From positions 96,001 through 160,000 of the forward strand of contig JAZDKJ010000008.1 of assembly GCA_043803105.1 (NCBI GenBank): a DNA stretch of 64,000 nucleotides, read 5' to 3'. The position numbers and the translations under genes were made by a program. This document shows positions 10,210 through 20,352 of the stretch, piece after piece; position 1 is the first letter of the stretch, and each line of letters opens with the position of its first letter. This DNA comes from Candidatus Woesearchaeota archaeon. Its GTDB lineage: Archaea; Nanobdellota; Nanobdellia; Woesearchaeales; JAZDKJ01. Below the pieces are notes generated by a model. The model worked only from the letters and a program-made list of their open reading frames with translations, was not told the DNA's origin and did no database searches.

Positions 10210-11166
10210 TTATTCTGAACTAACTTTCTCAACCCTTAGCCCATCAAATTTCTTTGATTGAATCCTGTCAAGAAGACTGTCAAGAAAGTCAAGCATTGAC
10301 CTTGCGATGTCGGTCTGCGTCACGATACCTACGGGCTTATCTGCCTCAGAAACAAGAAACCTCCTGAAGTTGCGCTCAAGCATGAAATGATTTGCCTCAA
10401 AAAGCTGCAAGTGAGTGGGAATGGAAACAACAGGAGACTTCATGACATCCTGGACATTAAAGCGAGCAAGCCTGGAAACATCCTTTGCAATCTCGTTAAC
10501 AAAATCACGCTCAGTCAAGATACCGGTTATATGGCCTTCGTTCTTTGCAAGAATGCAGCTAACGTTACGGCTTGCCATCAAAAGCTGTGCTTCTAGAACA
10601 GATTCGGTCTGCTCAATGGTAAGAAGATCTGATGCCATAATCTTCCACATATGGACAGTATTAAGAGAGTCAATTATTGAATGAGTGGCGAACCTGTCCA
10701 ATGCCTTCACTATATCAGTCAGGGTTATTATTCCCACGAGGTTGCCGTCCTCAAGAATCGGAAGCTTCCTGAATTGTTGGTTAACCATGAAGCGGTGGGC
10801 ATCAAAGATTCTTGTTGAAGGCTCAGCGCATTTAGGCGCAGGGCTCATCAGATTGCTTACTTTCTCTTGAAGGGCCTGGTCAACTAATTGAAGCTTCTGC
10901 ACAAAATCCCTCTCAGTGAGAATCCCGGCAATACGATTGGCTCTTGTTACCACGACACAAGACAAGGGTTCTCTGCGCATTGTTGCAGCTGCCTGCCATA
11001 ATGAGTCATTGACATCAACAGTGATGACCTTCCTGGTCATGATATTATTAACTGGCTGAAATAGGATCCTGTTGATTTCCTCCTGAAGAAGGCGAAGATT
11101 TCTTTTTTCTGCCAAGTCCTTAAAAAACGACAAGAATCTCTTAAAGAAGCTCAATTGCTCCGCCAT
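10210..11166 (-). CDS. tandem CBS-domain protein
   Basis: Four CBS repeats (GILTERDF twice, GIITLTDI, GIVTQTDI). Confidence 0.9.
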   Translation of the reverse strand: MAEQLSFFKRFLSFFKDLAEKRNLRLLQEEINRILFQPVNNIMTRKVITVDVNDSLWQAAATMRREPLSCVVVTRANRIAGILTERDFVQKLQLVDQALQEKVSNLMSPAPKCAEPSTRIFDAHRFMVNQQFRKLPILEDGNLVGIITLTDIVKALDRFATHSIIDSLNTVHMWKIMASDLLTIEQTESVLEAQLLMASRNVSCILAKNEGHITGILTERDFVNEIAKDVSRLARFNVQDVMKSPVVSIPTHLQLFEANHFMLERNFRRFLVSEADKPVGIVTQTDIARSMLDFLDSLLDRIQSKKFDGLRVEKVSSE

Positions 11167-11257
11167 TCATGACTCTTTATGTGAGCAAATATTTAAACCT
11201 GCCTCAAAGAATGTTAGTGTAATCCTTTGGTACCACAATAGAATGTCAAATTAGAAT

Positions 11258-11659
11258 TCAGGCAAATTTCTTTACGGCAGTGCTACAGTAAGGGCAGTTG
11301 CTGGGCATGTTCTTCTCAACATTGATCTTGAACTGGTAAGCGCACTTCTGGCAGATGTATTTTACAGTGTTCTTGTCAATCCATTGCACTCTAACCAGGT
11401 CATCCATCTTCTGCTTGTGGATGCGCTGAAGATACTCGTCCTCGCGGTCCCAGCCAGCAGGGGAATCTTTCTTTGTATCCTTAGCAGCCTGGCTCTGGGC
11501 CTTGACCTCAGCGTGCACCTGTTCCCGCTGCTTGCGGTCATTGACACAGTTCTGGCAGACCATCTTCCTGTAGACAGGATCGAGAACAAGTTCGTCTGTT
11601 CTAACCTGCTTTCCACAAACCCTGCACTTTACCCTAATACTTTCCATTGACAAGGACAT
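11258..11659 (-). CDS. double Zn-ribbon hypothetical protein
   Basis: CRVC, CQNC, CQKC and CPYC. Confidence 0.7.
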   Translation of the reverse strand: MSLSMESIRVKCRVCGKQVRTDELVLDPVYRKMVCQNCVNDRKQREQVHAEVKAQSQAAKDTKKDSPAGWDREDEYLQRIHKQKMDDLVRVQWIDKNTVKYICQKCAYQFKINVEKNMPSNCPYCSTAVKKFA

Positions 11660-11728
11660 ATTTTGCCTTCATATTTAAATTTTGTTTTTTTGACAAGACT
11701 TTTAAACATTGAAGGTTACTTAAAGCAA

Positions 11729-13255
11729 ATGGAATATGATATCATATTTGTTGTTGGAGAACGATATTTTGATCATCCCTTATGCGGAACTGCCATCCTG
11801 AAGAGGCTTCTTGAGAAGGAAGGTTTTTCTGTGGGTTTGATCGAAATGCCTCAAAACGACACTGATATAGCAAAACTTGGCAAGCCCAGATTGTTCTTTG
11901 GAGTGAGTTCTGGAAGCATTGACTCAATGGTCAGAAACTATACTCCGCTAAAGAAAAGACGGGATGAAGACAAGAACCTTGATTATAATGAGAAAGTGCC
12001 TGATAGGGCAGTAATAGTGTACTGCAATTGGATCAAAAAGCACTACAAAGATTCTGTCATAGTGATAGGGGGAACCGAGGCAACTTTAAGGCGGTTTACC
12101 CATTATGATTACTGGGACAACAAACTAAGAAGGTCAATCTTGCTTGATTCGAGGGCAAACATCCTGGTTTTTGGCATGGCAGAAAAGCAGACAGTGGAAA
12201 TAGCCAAAAGGCTAAAGCAAGGAAAAGGGCTTGAAGGCATCGAAGGAACTTGTGGGCTGGGAAAACAAATGCCTGCAGGATTTATAGAGCTTGCAAGCCA
12301 TGAAGAGGTATTAAATTCAAAAGAAAAATTCTGTGATATGCAGAACCTTCTAACCAACAGAAAGAGCCTGGCACAAAAAGTAGGGCCTTCTTATGTGCTC
12401 CAATACAAATCTCCAAAATACAGTAGCAAAGACCTTGATGAATACTATGGAATGCAATTCTTACGGACCACTCCAAAGGAGCTCAGAGGCTTCCAGTTCA
12501 GCATAGTAACGCACAGGGGCTGCGTGGGAAACTGCAACTTCTGCTCACTAAAATTAACGCAAGGGGATAGGATAATCTCACGGTCAGAAGAATCAATACT
12601 GAAAGAGATCAAAGGACTTACAAAGCTGGCTTTCTTCAAGGGAAATGTGGATGACTTTACAGGTCCTAGCGCAGATATGTATGGTATGGACTGCAGTGGC
12701 TGCCAAGAAGGGGAATGCCTTAACTGCAACAGACTGGACAAAAGCAATGAAAGGCTGATAAACCTGCTCAGGAAGGCAAGGCAAATCCCTGGAATAAAAA
12801 AAGTGAACCTGAAAAGCGGAATAAGATTTGACTTGGCGAGCGCAGAACTTGTAAAAGAGCTGGCAGAGCACCACATATACGATTTCCTGCGCATAGCTCC
12901 AGAGCATGTAAACAAAGAAGTGCTAAGCTTAATGAACAAAGAAAAAGGCGACCTTGATAAGTTCATTAAAGAATTTAAGAAGGATGCTTCAACAAAAAAA
13001 CTGTCGTTTTATTTCATGACTGCACACCCTGGTTCAACAATCAAGGAAGCAAGGGAATTGGCAGAGAAGATGTGTTTCCTGGAGAACAGCGAGAGCGTGC
13101 AGGTGTTTACACCAACGCCTATGACTGTGTCAACATGCATGTACTATGCAGGAATGGAGCCAAAGACAAAGAAAAAGATCCACGTGCCTTACACTTATTC
13201 TGAGAAAAAAGAGCAGAAACGAGTTCTGATGAAAAATTATTCAAAGACCTTCTGA
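11729..13255 (+). CDS. YgiQ/UPF0313-family radical SAM protein
   Basis: YFDHP, LFFGVSSGSIDSMV, THRGCVGNCNFC, APEH, QVFTPTPMT. Confidence 0.9.
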   Translation: MEYDIIFVVGERYFDHPLCGTAILKRLLEKEGFSVGLIEMPQNDTDIAKLGKPRLFFGVSSGSIDSMVRNYTPLKKRRDEDKNLDYNEKVPDRAVIVYCNWIKKHYKDSVIVIGGTEATLRRFTHYDYWDNKLRRSILLDSRANILVFGMAEKQTVEIAKRLKQGKGLEGIEGTCGLGKQMPAGFIELASHEEVLNSKEKFCDMQNLLTNRKSLAQKVGPSYVLQYKSPKYSSKDLDEYYGMQFLRTTPKELRGFQFSIVTHRGCVGNCNFCSLKLTQGDRIISRSEESILKEIKGLTKLAFFKGNVDDFTGPSADMYGMDCSGCQEGECLNCNRLDKSNERLINLLRKARQIPGIKKVNLKSGIRFDLASAELVKELAEHHIYDFLRIAPEHVNKEVLSLMNKEKGDLDKFIKEFKKDASTKKLSFYFMTAHPGSTIKEARELAEKMCFLENSESVQVFTPTPMTVSTCMYYAGMEPKTKKKIHVPYTYSEKKEQKRVLMKNYSKTF

Positions 13256-13728
13256 ATTGCGAGTTCTGCAGGGACAGTCTCGTTAGTGCAGCCTGAGGCA
13301 CTCACAAAGACAGAGCAACCTTGAGTATTGTAAGTGGGTTCTCTCAAGGTGCAACCTGCAGCAATAGGGGTATCTTTTATCGCTTTCTCACATGCGTCGA
13401 AAGTCTGCCGTGCGTTATTGTAATCAATCAAGCTCCATCGCTTGGAGAACGCTAGGGCGACAGAGGGATTAATAGTCTCGTTAAAGGGCTGCAATCCATG
13501 ATATTTCCTCACCACGTTGTACATAGTGCAATTTCGCTCAGAACTTAGACGATATTGCGCTATGAATGTGGGTGGGGCAGCAGAGGTCTCAAAGGACCAT
13601 CCGTTAGGCAGGAGTTGTCTTATTTGCCCGACTTTTTCCTCCACTTCGCTTTGGCAGCCAATCGAGAGCTTCTGGTCTGTACAGCCAACCAATAAGATAC
13701 AAACAAACACAGCAAAGGCAGGTCTCAT
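13237..13728 (-). CDS. putative lipoprotein
   Basis: ILLVGC lipobox; Cys-rich. Confidence 0.6.
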   Translation of the reverse strand: MRPAFAVFVCILLVGCTDQKLSIGCQSEVEEKVGQIRQLLPNGWSFETSAAPPTFIAQYRLSSERNCTMYNVVRKYHGLQPFNETINPSVALAFSKRWSLIDYNNARQTFDACEKAIKDTPIAAGCTLREPTYNTQGCSVFVSASGCTNETVPAELAIQKVFE

Positions 13729-13943
13729 AGAGCAAGCTTTGTTGAAGATGTTTATAAATTTGTCGAAGCATTGAATATTTTATGTGGCATGGAAATGCGC
13801 CCTCGCCGCCTGATGTTTTCCAGGTTCGCAAAACTTGCTTCGGACGAGCTATTTTGCTTGAAATGAACCCTTGAAAACTGCGCAGTAGTAACATTCACGA
13901 AATGTTTATAAATACACAAGGCACAACATTTCTCGGTCACTAA

Positions 13944-16850
13944 ATGCAAGAGCTAATAATAAAGGTTGGAGGGAGTTCTGTAAGCACAGCCAAAAACATC
14001 TGGAATGTTGCAGGCCTGATTGCAAATGAATACCTAAGGAATCCCAACACTGGACTGACGGTTGTGGGCTCTGCCATAGGCACACCGCCTGGAAAAAAAC
14101 AACCCAAAGTAACTGACGTGTTGCTTAGGATTGCGAAAAACATCATTTCTGGCAGACAAAAAGAAGCAGTCGAGGATACAGAATACGTAACCAAACTACA
14201 TCTTAATGTAATAGACACATTGGATTTTGATACAGTCCTTGTGGAAGATAATCTGTCAAGCCTTGAATCGATAGTACATACTGCAATCGGCGAAGTCGAA
14301 AGTGGAAAACAAGTTGATGAATACATGCTGATGGATGCAACTGCAACCTTTGGAGAATTGACACTGAACCCTATTTTGGCTGCGGCTGTTCAAAGAAGGT
14401 TGGCAAACGACCTCAGTTCGATAGAAAAGCTCCTAGATCGAGGAACAAATCTCACTTCACAACAACAAAGACTGTACGAAAAGCTGAAATCCTGCGACGG
14501 CAGATATGTTCATGTTGTTGATCCAGCAAATTATGGGTTTGTGACTGACTCCAACTTCACTAAAGCAAAACTTTTGCCTCAGAGCCTTAATACAGAAATC
14601 GCAAAGCACCATATGAAATTGAGGCAAGGGCATCCTTACAAGGTGCTTTTTTATCCTGGTTTCATAGGTGGAGATGAAAAAGGCCACAGGACAACACTGG
14701 GAAGAGACGGTTCAAATGTGACAGCAGTAGCACTTGCAACTTCAATCAAAGCAAGCGAGATTATCATATACACTGACACAGACGGGGTTCTGGCAATACC
14801 TCCAACAGTCCTACCAAACGCACAAACAGTGAGGTTCCTTTCCTACAAAGAGGTTGTGAGCATGGCAGACTGGGGCGGAATGAAGGTAATGCAAGAGCCA
14901 GCACTTGAAATCCTGAACAGGAAGGGAGTAAACATTCCGATATATGTCAAAAACTCATTCAATCCAAAGGAGCCAGGCACATTAATCACGACAGCCTCAA
15001 CCGCGAGCCATACCCTGATGAAGGGAATCGGGGTGTTGAGGGACTTGAGCTACAGAGAATTTCCGGTTCAGACAGCGAGCGATCATGAGGCAATCGCCAG
15101 CATAATCAAGGGATACAAGGGAGCCAAAATAATCTGGGAAGAATTCTCTTCCAAAGGGAATCCAACGAGGGCAAAGTTCTTGGTTCAAAGAGATGCAAAG
15201 ATGGAAATGGACAAAGGACCAGAGTACTTTAGGGAAGCATTATACTGGCTAATAAAAAATCAGGTTTACAAAGGTAAATCAGTAAAGGGAGGATTCCATT
15301 ACCATGATGCATCACTTGTCACTGTGTTTGGCAAGGGAATTGGGAACTCTCACATTGAGATAGGAAAAATCCATGAAATATTGAGCAAGATTGAGCTTTC
15401 AGATAAACTTGAAGGCAAGGAATACATGTTCCCTGTCGAGGTCAAGGAGGATATGCTCCACCTTGTTGTGCGGGAGAAAGACACAAGCCCGGTTGCCAAT
15501 GGCATTTACAATGAGCTGAAAAAGATAAACATTGTGCTTTACGGTCTTGGCAAAGTAGGGCAAAGGTTTCTCGAACAAGCCATGTCAAGGTATCAACAGC
15601 TTGGAATCAACATTGTTGGGGTGGCTGACAGCCTTGGCGTGATCACCAAGCCTGATGGTCTGAGCATAAAAGAATTATCCATGATTAAGGGCATGAAGGC
15701 AGATGGCATAAAGCTTAAAGACATTTCAGTCGGTGAATACCTGCATAGACAAGAGGCTTTGGACCTTAGCAAGATTTTCAGATATGCCAAAGGCGACATG
15801 GTATTGATAGATGCGACTCCTGAGCCGCAAATGCTCTCAACGATTTCCCAGGCATTGAAATTGGGTGCTAGTGTCATATCAGTAAACAAGACTCCTTACG
15901 CAACAAAACCCCAGGCATGTAATGACAGGTCCACCAAACGCAAGATAAGAAAATTGTTCGAAGGTGTGCTGTCAGAAAGAGTTCTCAACCGCGGTACGGT
16001 AGGTGCAGACCTGGGCATACCTGGCACATTGTTAGGGGTTCTGGCCACAAACCCAGAATATGTGACTGTAAGAGGATGCATGAGTGCTACGTGCGGATAC
16101 ACAGCAGCTTCACTTAGTACAATGCGTTTTTCAGAAGCCATACAAAGTTCCATATCCAAGGGATATACAGAACCTACTCCTTTTGATGACTACTCAGGAA
16201 ATGATATACTTCGCAAGACCATAATACTGTGGAGAATGATTGCCAGCAAATATGGCCTTGACATGTTCAACATAGACATCAAGCATGAAAGCTTCATCGA
16301 GCCGATGATAAGGCTCTTTGAGAAGAAGGGAGGCAACCGAGCAGAATTTGCAGACATTAGCCAACTTGACGCAGTTCAATTTGTAGAAAAAATGAAGGTT
16401 TTAGATCGTTATTTTATAGAGCTCCAATCAGAGCTTGGAAAAGATTATGTGTTCAGATACGTTGCAGAAATAAGGTATAACCCTATGGCCTTGAACACTA
16501 TCGCCAACAAATATGAAATCTCAGTTGGATTAAAAAAATTACATAAGGACAGCATTCTTGGCGGGCTCGATGGACCTGAAAATCTGGTTGTATTTGGCGC
16601 AGGCGAAGAGCCGAAGAAGACTTATGGTCTTCAGCCAGGGCCTGGTGGAGGGCACGAGGTCACTGCAAGCGCGATAATGCACGACCTGGAAAAGATCATT
16701 GAAAGAGCCCGGGGAAGAAGAAAGGGGCAGGTTATCGAGGTATTCAAACAGAACGAAACAACAAAAACTCCTAAATACACTACTTTCTTTTTTAGCCATA
16801 CACAACAACGATTGAGGGATTATGTCTCGAAAGGGACACTGCATCCTTAA
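13944..16850 (+). CDS. divergent bifunctional aspartokinase/homoserine dehydrogenase (ThrA/MetL-like)
   Basis: KVGGSSV, TTLGRDGSN, YTDTDGV (AK); GLGKVG, SVNK, GYTEPTPFDDYSGNDILRK (HSDH). Confidence 0.85.
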   Translation: MQELIIKVGGSSVSTAKNIWNVAGLIANEYLRNPNTGLTVVGSAIGTPPGKKQPKVTDVLLRIAKNIISGRQKEAVEDTEYVTKLHLNVIDTLDFDTVLVEDNLSSLESIVHTAIGEVESGKQVDEYMLMDATATFGELTLNPILAAAVQRRLANDLSSIEKLLDRGTNLTSQQQRLYEKLKSCDGRYVHVVDPANYGFVTDSNFTKAKLLPQSLNTEIAKHHMKLRQGHPYKVLFYPGFIGGDEKGHRTTLGRDGSNVTAVALATSIKASEIIIYTDTDGVLAIPPTVLPNAQTVRFLSYKEVVSMADWGGMKVMQEPALEILNRKGVNIPIYVKNSFNPKEPGTLITTASTASHTLMKGIGVLRDLSYREFPVQTASDHEAIASIIKGYKGAKIIWEEFSSKGNPTRAKFLVQRDAKMEMDKGPEYFREALYWLIKNQVYKGKSVKGGFHYHDASLVTVFGKGIGNSHIEIGKIHEILSKIELSDKLEGKEYMFPVEVKEDMLHLVVREKDTSPVANGIYNELKKINIVLYGLGKVGQRFLEQAMSRYQQLGINIVGVADSLGVITKPDGLSIKELSMIKGMKADGIKLKDISVGEYLHRQEALDLSKIFRYAKGDMVLIDATPEPQMLSTISQALKLGASVISVNKTPYATKPQACNDRSTKRKIRKLFEGVLSERVLNRGTVGADLGIPGTLLGVLATNPEYVTVRGCMSATCGYTAASLSTMRFSEAIQSSISKGYTEPTPFDDYSGNDILRKTIILWRMIASKYGLDMFNIDIKHESFIEPMIRLFEKKGGNRAEFADISQLDAVQFVEKMKVLDRYFIELQSELGKDYVFRYVAEIRYNPMALNTIANKYEISVGLKKLHKDSILGGLDGPENLVVFGAGEEPKKTYGLQPGPGGGHEVTASAIMHDLEKIIERARGRRKGQVIEVFKQNETTKTPKYTTFFFSHTQQRLRDYVSKGTLHP

Positions 16851-16852
16851 TC

Positions 16853-17473
16853 TTGGCAAAGCTTCGAAAAGGATGTGCATACTTGAGAAAAAGTAGACTT
16901 GCAAGAAAATACAATGCAAGGCCCGCAATAGCTTTTGAACACCCTTACTGGGTTTTCTCTGTTGCGAAGCGTGTTGATATTCATGATAGTAACGAAAAAA
17001 CTCTTGTTAAGGATTTGAGCGACCTTATGACTGAAGCCAGGGATCTATATGGGTGGGTAGGGATAAGTTCTAACAACTTGATGTGGAATGCCACAAAGAT
17101 GCCAATCAGAGTAATCCAGGTGCTTGCTCCAGAAGGGGGAGACTACTTAACTCTTACGAATCCTGAGCTAAAGGAGATTTGTGGAGAGAAATTCGAATCG
17201 CATGAAGGTTGCGGTTCATTTCCCGGAAGAATGTATTGGGTACAAAGGTATCCCTATGTGCGCCTGGTTGGAATCCAACTTTATCATGCCAAATTCGAGC
17301 AAATAGAACTAATATACGGAGCAAAAGACGTGAAATTAGAGTGGCCAGAATGTTGTGTTAATGAAAAGCTCCAGCCAGTTCGTGTAGTGCAGCACGAATG
17401 CGATCATTTAGAAGCCATAGTCATACCTAAACTTGCTTATTCAATGAACAGGAACCAAAACAAATATAAATGA
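16853..17473 (+). CDS. def: peptide deformylase-like protein
   Basis: GWVGISSNN, NPEL, EGCGS and QHECDHL correspond to the PDF motifs; start uncertain. Confidence 0.8.
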   Translation: MAKLRKGCAYLRKSRLARKYNARPAIAFEHPYWVFSVAKRVDIHDSNEKTLVKDLSDLMTEARDLYGWVGISSNNLMWNATKMPIRVIQVLAPEGGDYLTLTNPELKEICGEKFESHEGCGSFPGRMYWVQRYPYVRLVGIQLYHAKFEQIELIYGAKDVKLEWPECCVNEKLQPVRVVQHECDHLEAIVIPKLAYSMNRNQNKYK

Positions 17474-17495
17474 ATTTGGAACCATCAAGACAGAT

Positions 17496-17701
17496 GCCCC
17501 GTTGGTGTAGCCCGGCGCAATGGAACTTCAGTTAGAGGTTCCATGCGGGAACAATCATTCGGCCCTCTCGAGGCCGAGACTCGGGTTCAAACAGCCTTTT
17601 TCCATAGGAAAAAGCCTGGGGAAAGGCTTTTTTGCCTTCGGCAAAAAAGTGTGTTTCAAAGGTTTCAAATGTGGGAGGGTTAGAAAATCCCGAACGGGGC
17701 A
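17496..17701 (+). tRNA. tRNA-Glu(CTC) with D-loop intron (~17517-17551) and T-loop intron (~17592-17687)
   Basis: Spliced sequence GCCCCGTTGGTGTAGCCCGGCCAATCATTCGGCCCTCTCGAGGCCGAGACTCGGGTTCAAATCCCGAACGGGGCA forms a cloverleaf. Confidence 0.92.
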
Positions 17702-17873
17702 TTAATTTCTTAACACCATATAACAGAATTCAACGAGTTCGCAACATATTTAAGGGGAAACTAGTTTTTATGTCAGCAAGCCGCGGTCGCATACTCACAG
17801 AACAAGTTCTGTGGTCGCGACCTTGTGTGGCAATCTTCAAGCTAAATAGCTTGATGGCAATAAGATCAATTTT

Positions 17874-18015
17874 GCCGCGGTCGCATAATCCGGTACGCGC
17901 TGGATTCCTCCGGAATCCGCTGGTGTCCCGTGCGCGGAACATTGCGGCAGTCTCGAACCAATGCAAGAGAACTGCTGTCCGTAAGGGCATCTCGGTTCAA
18001 ATCCGAGCCGCGGCG
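17874..18015 (+). tRNA. tRNA-Ser(CGA) with D-arm intron (~17896-17941) and ~12-nt anticodon-loop intron
   Basis: GCCGCGG/CCGCGGC+G acceptor, GCAGT/ACTGC anticodon stem, long variable arm, CTCGG-TTCAAAT-CCGAG. Confidence 0.88.
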
Positions 18016-18023
18016 TTTACACA

Positions 18024-18332
18024 ATGTATATCCCAAAGCGTTACGGCCAGAGCAAGATTGACAAGTGCCCTTTCTGCGGAAAACAGGCCATCGCACTTAA
18101 CAAGCAGAAGGTTCCAGTCTGTGAAGCGCACAAATGGAACAATCTGGATGAGATGAAATGCAGCTGCGGAAGCTACCTGGAGATGAAACATGGGAAATTT
18201 GGGGTATTCTTCGTTTGCTTCAAGTGTGGAAACAAGAACCTAAAGCAGGTGCTTGAGATAAATGAGCCCAAAGATAAGAGCAGCAGTCAGAATGAAATAA
18301 CTGTAAGGTCTGATGACCCAAGGTACTTCTAA
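18024..18332 (+). CDS. Zn-finger hypothetical protein
   Basis: CPFC, CEAH, CSC and CFKC with GKFGVFF (topoisomerase C4-finger-like). Confidence 0.7.
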   Translation: MYIPKRYGQSKIDKCPFCGKQAIALNKQKVPVCEAHKWNNLDEMKCSCGSYLEMKHGKFGVFFVCFKCGNKNLKQVLEINEPKDKSSSQNEITVRSDDPRYF

Positions 18333-18400
18333 AATAAAAAGATTTAAAAAGAGGGGTTTCCTCATATTAACAAAATTGATATTTTTGGGAGGTGAATAAA

Positions 18401-18766
18401 TTGGCAAAAGAGGTAAAAACAGCGAGTAGTAGCATGACACAGACAATAGGAGGCTGGGCATTCATCATCGGTGTCATCATTGCAGTAATTTCTGGATTTT
18501 TTATGCTCAGCGCAACGCTTGTCTCAGTACTTGTATTGCTGGGATTAATAGTCGGCTTCTTGAACATAACAGGCAAAGAGACAATGGGGTTTTTGATGGC
18601 AACCGTGTCTTTGGTAATTGTTAGCTATTTCGGAGGCCAAGCCTTAAGCGAAATCGCTTTTGTTGGCACGGTGCTTGCAGGCATCATGAATGCAATAATG
18701 ATATTTGTGGTACCAGCAACAATTGTCGTGGCCCTGAAGTCAATATTTGCAATGGCACACGATTAG
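18401..18766 (+). CDS. small multi-TM membrane protein
   Basis: GGAGGTGA SD before TTG; four hydrophobic segments; T-rich terminator after stop. Confidence 0.75.
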   Translation: MAKEVKTASSSMTQTIGGWAFIIGVIIAVISGFFMLSATLVSVLVLLGLIVGFLNITGKETMGFLMATVSLVIVSYFGGQALSEIAFVGTVLAGIMNAIMIFVVPATIVVALKSIFAMAHD

Positions 18767-18808
18767 GTTTTTTATTTTTTTTTATTTTAGAATTCTTTGA
18801 AGGCAAAT

Positions 18809-19465
18809 TTAGAATAGTCTGTTGGCAAAAGCACTGAATCTTGTATCCATCTGTATTTCGGTTGTTTTAGGTGCACCTTGCCTGTATCCAGATGCGAATA
18901 GGTCAACAACCAAATCAATAAATGGTTTTGGTTTTGCAGCCCATTTAGCGCTTTGCACATCTGCCTTTACCTGTATTATATAATCGAGACCTTTGTCTCC
19001 GAAAATGGCTCCGCTTAGCATTGCCTCGATGATATCAGCCTTCGTAACATTATAGTTCGCAGGGACACATCTCCTCCGTGTCATAACATCTGCAATACCT
19101 TGAACAATTCCTTCCTGCACTCCCTTAACAAAAGCCAGACTCACCGGATGATTATGGAAAGCGAAAGCTGCAATCGGCACCTGGGAGGCATACAAATTTG
19201 CCTTATCCCGGTTTAGATCCATCAACATCCAGACTGGATCCTTGGAGTTGCTAATGGTCCTCTTGAGGTACTCAAACTCCCTGTAACCAATATGAGAAGG
19301 AGGAGCACTGACATAGTGGCCTCCAAGAATTGGAAATCGAAATTCTGTGGTATCATAAGTACTTTCATAGTTGAATGAAGCATTCCTAAGTATTGTAACA
19401 AGAAGTTTAACATCTTTCCGTGAACAACGCATTTTCTTGGAAGTTGGAATTCGTTCGCCTATCAT
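18809..19465 (-). CDS. hypothetical protein
   Basis: 218-aa ORF; FHNHP reminiscent of JAB/MPN HxH but not confirmed. Confidence 0.55.
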   Translation of the reverse strand: MIGERIPTSKKMRCSRKDVKLLVTILRNASFNYESTYDTTEFRFPILGGHYVSAPPSHIGYREFEYLKRTISNSKDPVWMLMDLNRDKANLYASQVPIAAFAFHNHPVSLAFVKGVQEGIVQGIADVMTRRRCVPANYNVTKADIIEAMLSGAIFGDKGLDYIIQVKADVQSAKWAAKPKPFIDLVVDLFASGYRQGAPKTTEIQMDTRFSAFANRLF

Positions 19466-19634
19466 AACAGAACCTATTGTTCTCTGAGGATTTATAAAGA
19501 TTTGCCCACCAAAGCGCAGCTTGTGATGATGGTTGCTTTACCGAGACCTCGATTCTGACTTGGTCCTTTCATGTCTCAAGGCGCATCCCAAAAAAACGTC
19601 AGCTTTAAAAGAGGACAAGGCATTCTCCTTGTTA

Positions 19635-20288
19635 ATGATAAGCAAGGCTTTTTTGGATTGGAATGGGGTACTGCTAGCGGATGGTTCGGCTTGCTTTGAT
19701 ACTGACAACCATATGCTGAAAACATTTGGTGGTAACCTAGTCGATTTCAAGACCTTCAGAGACACTATAGTTATCCCTTCAATAGACTTCTACGTAATGC
19801 ATGGTTGCAATCGGGAACAATTGGAGAGAGATTCAAAAGAAGTTTCAAAGGTTTTTCATGCTTATTTTGAGAAAAGAGAATCGAAGTGCAGGACAAGGAA
19901 GGGGGCAAGGGAGGTTTTGTACTGGCTAAGGGAGAATTCAATCGAGACCATAATCGTGACGAATCACACTGTCGCAGGGCTTGAACTTCAACTATCAAGA
20001 CTTAAACTCAAAGAATACTTCTCCGCAGTTGAAGCCAATCCAGACGGAAATACGTCGATGCACACAACGAGCAAGCTGGAAAAGGTTTGCCGGCACTACA
20101 GCAGGAATGAGGGGGCATTGATCCTTGGAGATTCGCCCGAAGAAGTCAAAATTGGAAAAGAGCTAGGCATTCCAACTGTTGCAATAACCGGCGGATATTA
20201 TTCCACAAAGAGGCTTAGACAAAGCCAGCCTGATTACCTGATTAACAATTGGAAAGAACTGATTGGAGTAATAAAGGAAATCAGATAA
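19635..20288 (+). CDS. HAD-superfamily hydrolase (phosphoglycolate phosphatase-like)
   Basis: LDWNGVL motif I, VTN motif II, LGDSPEE motif IV. Confidence 0.85.
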   Translation: MISKAFLDWNGVLLADGSACFDTDNHMLKTFGGNLVDFKTFRDTIVIPSIDFYVMHGCNREQLERDSKEVSKVFHAYFEKRESKCRTRKGAREVLYWLRENSIETIIVTNHTVAGLELQLSRLKLKEYFSAVEANPDGNTSMHTTSKLEKVCRHYSRNEGALILGDSPEEVKIGKELGIPTVAITGGYYSTKRLRQSQPDYLINNWKELIGVIKEIR

Positions 20289-20352
20289 GAACCAGAGATA
20301 ATTTTTTTGATCTATTGCAGCTTTAGCACATAATCCTTTAAGGTTGAAGTTC

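Noticed and set aside
17520-18156. ORFs overlapping tRNA-Glu and tRNA-Ser (also 9855-10155 and 36632-37041)
   Set aside because: Explained by intron-containing tRNA genes.
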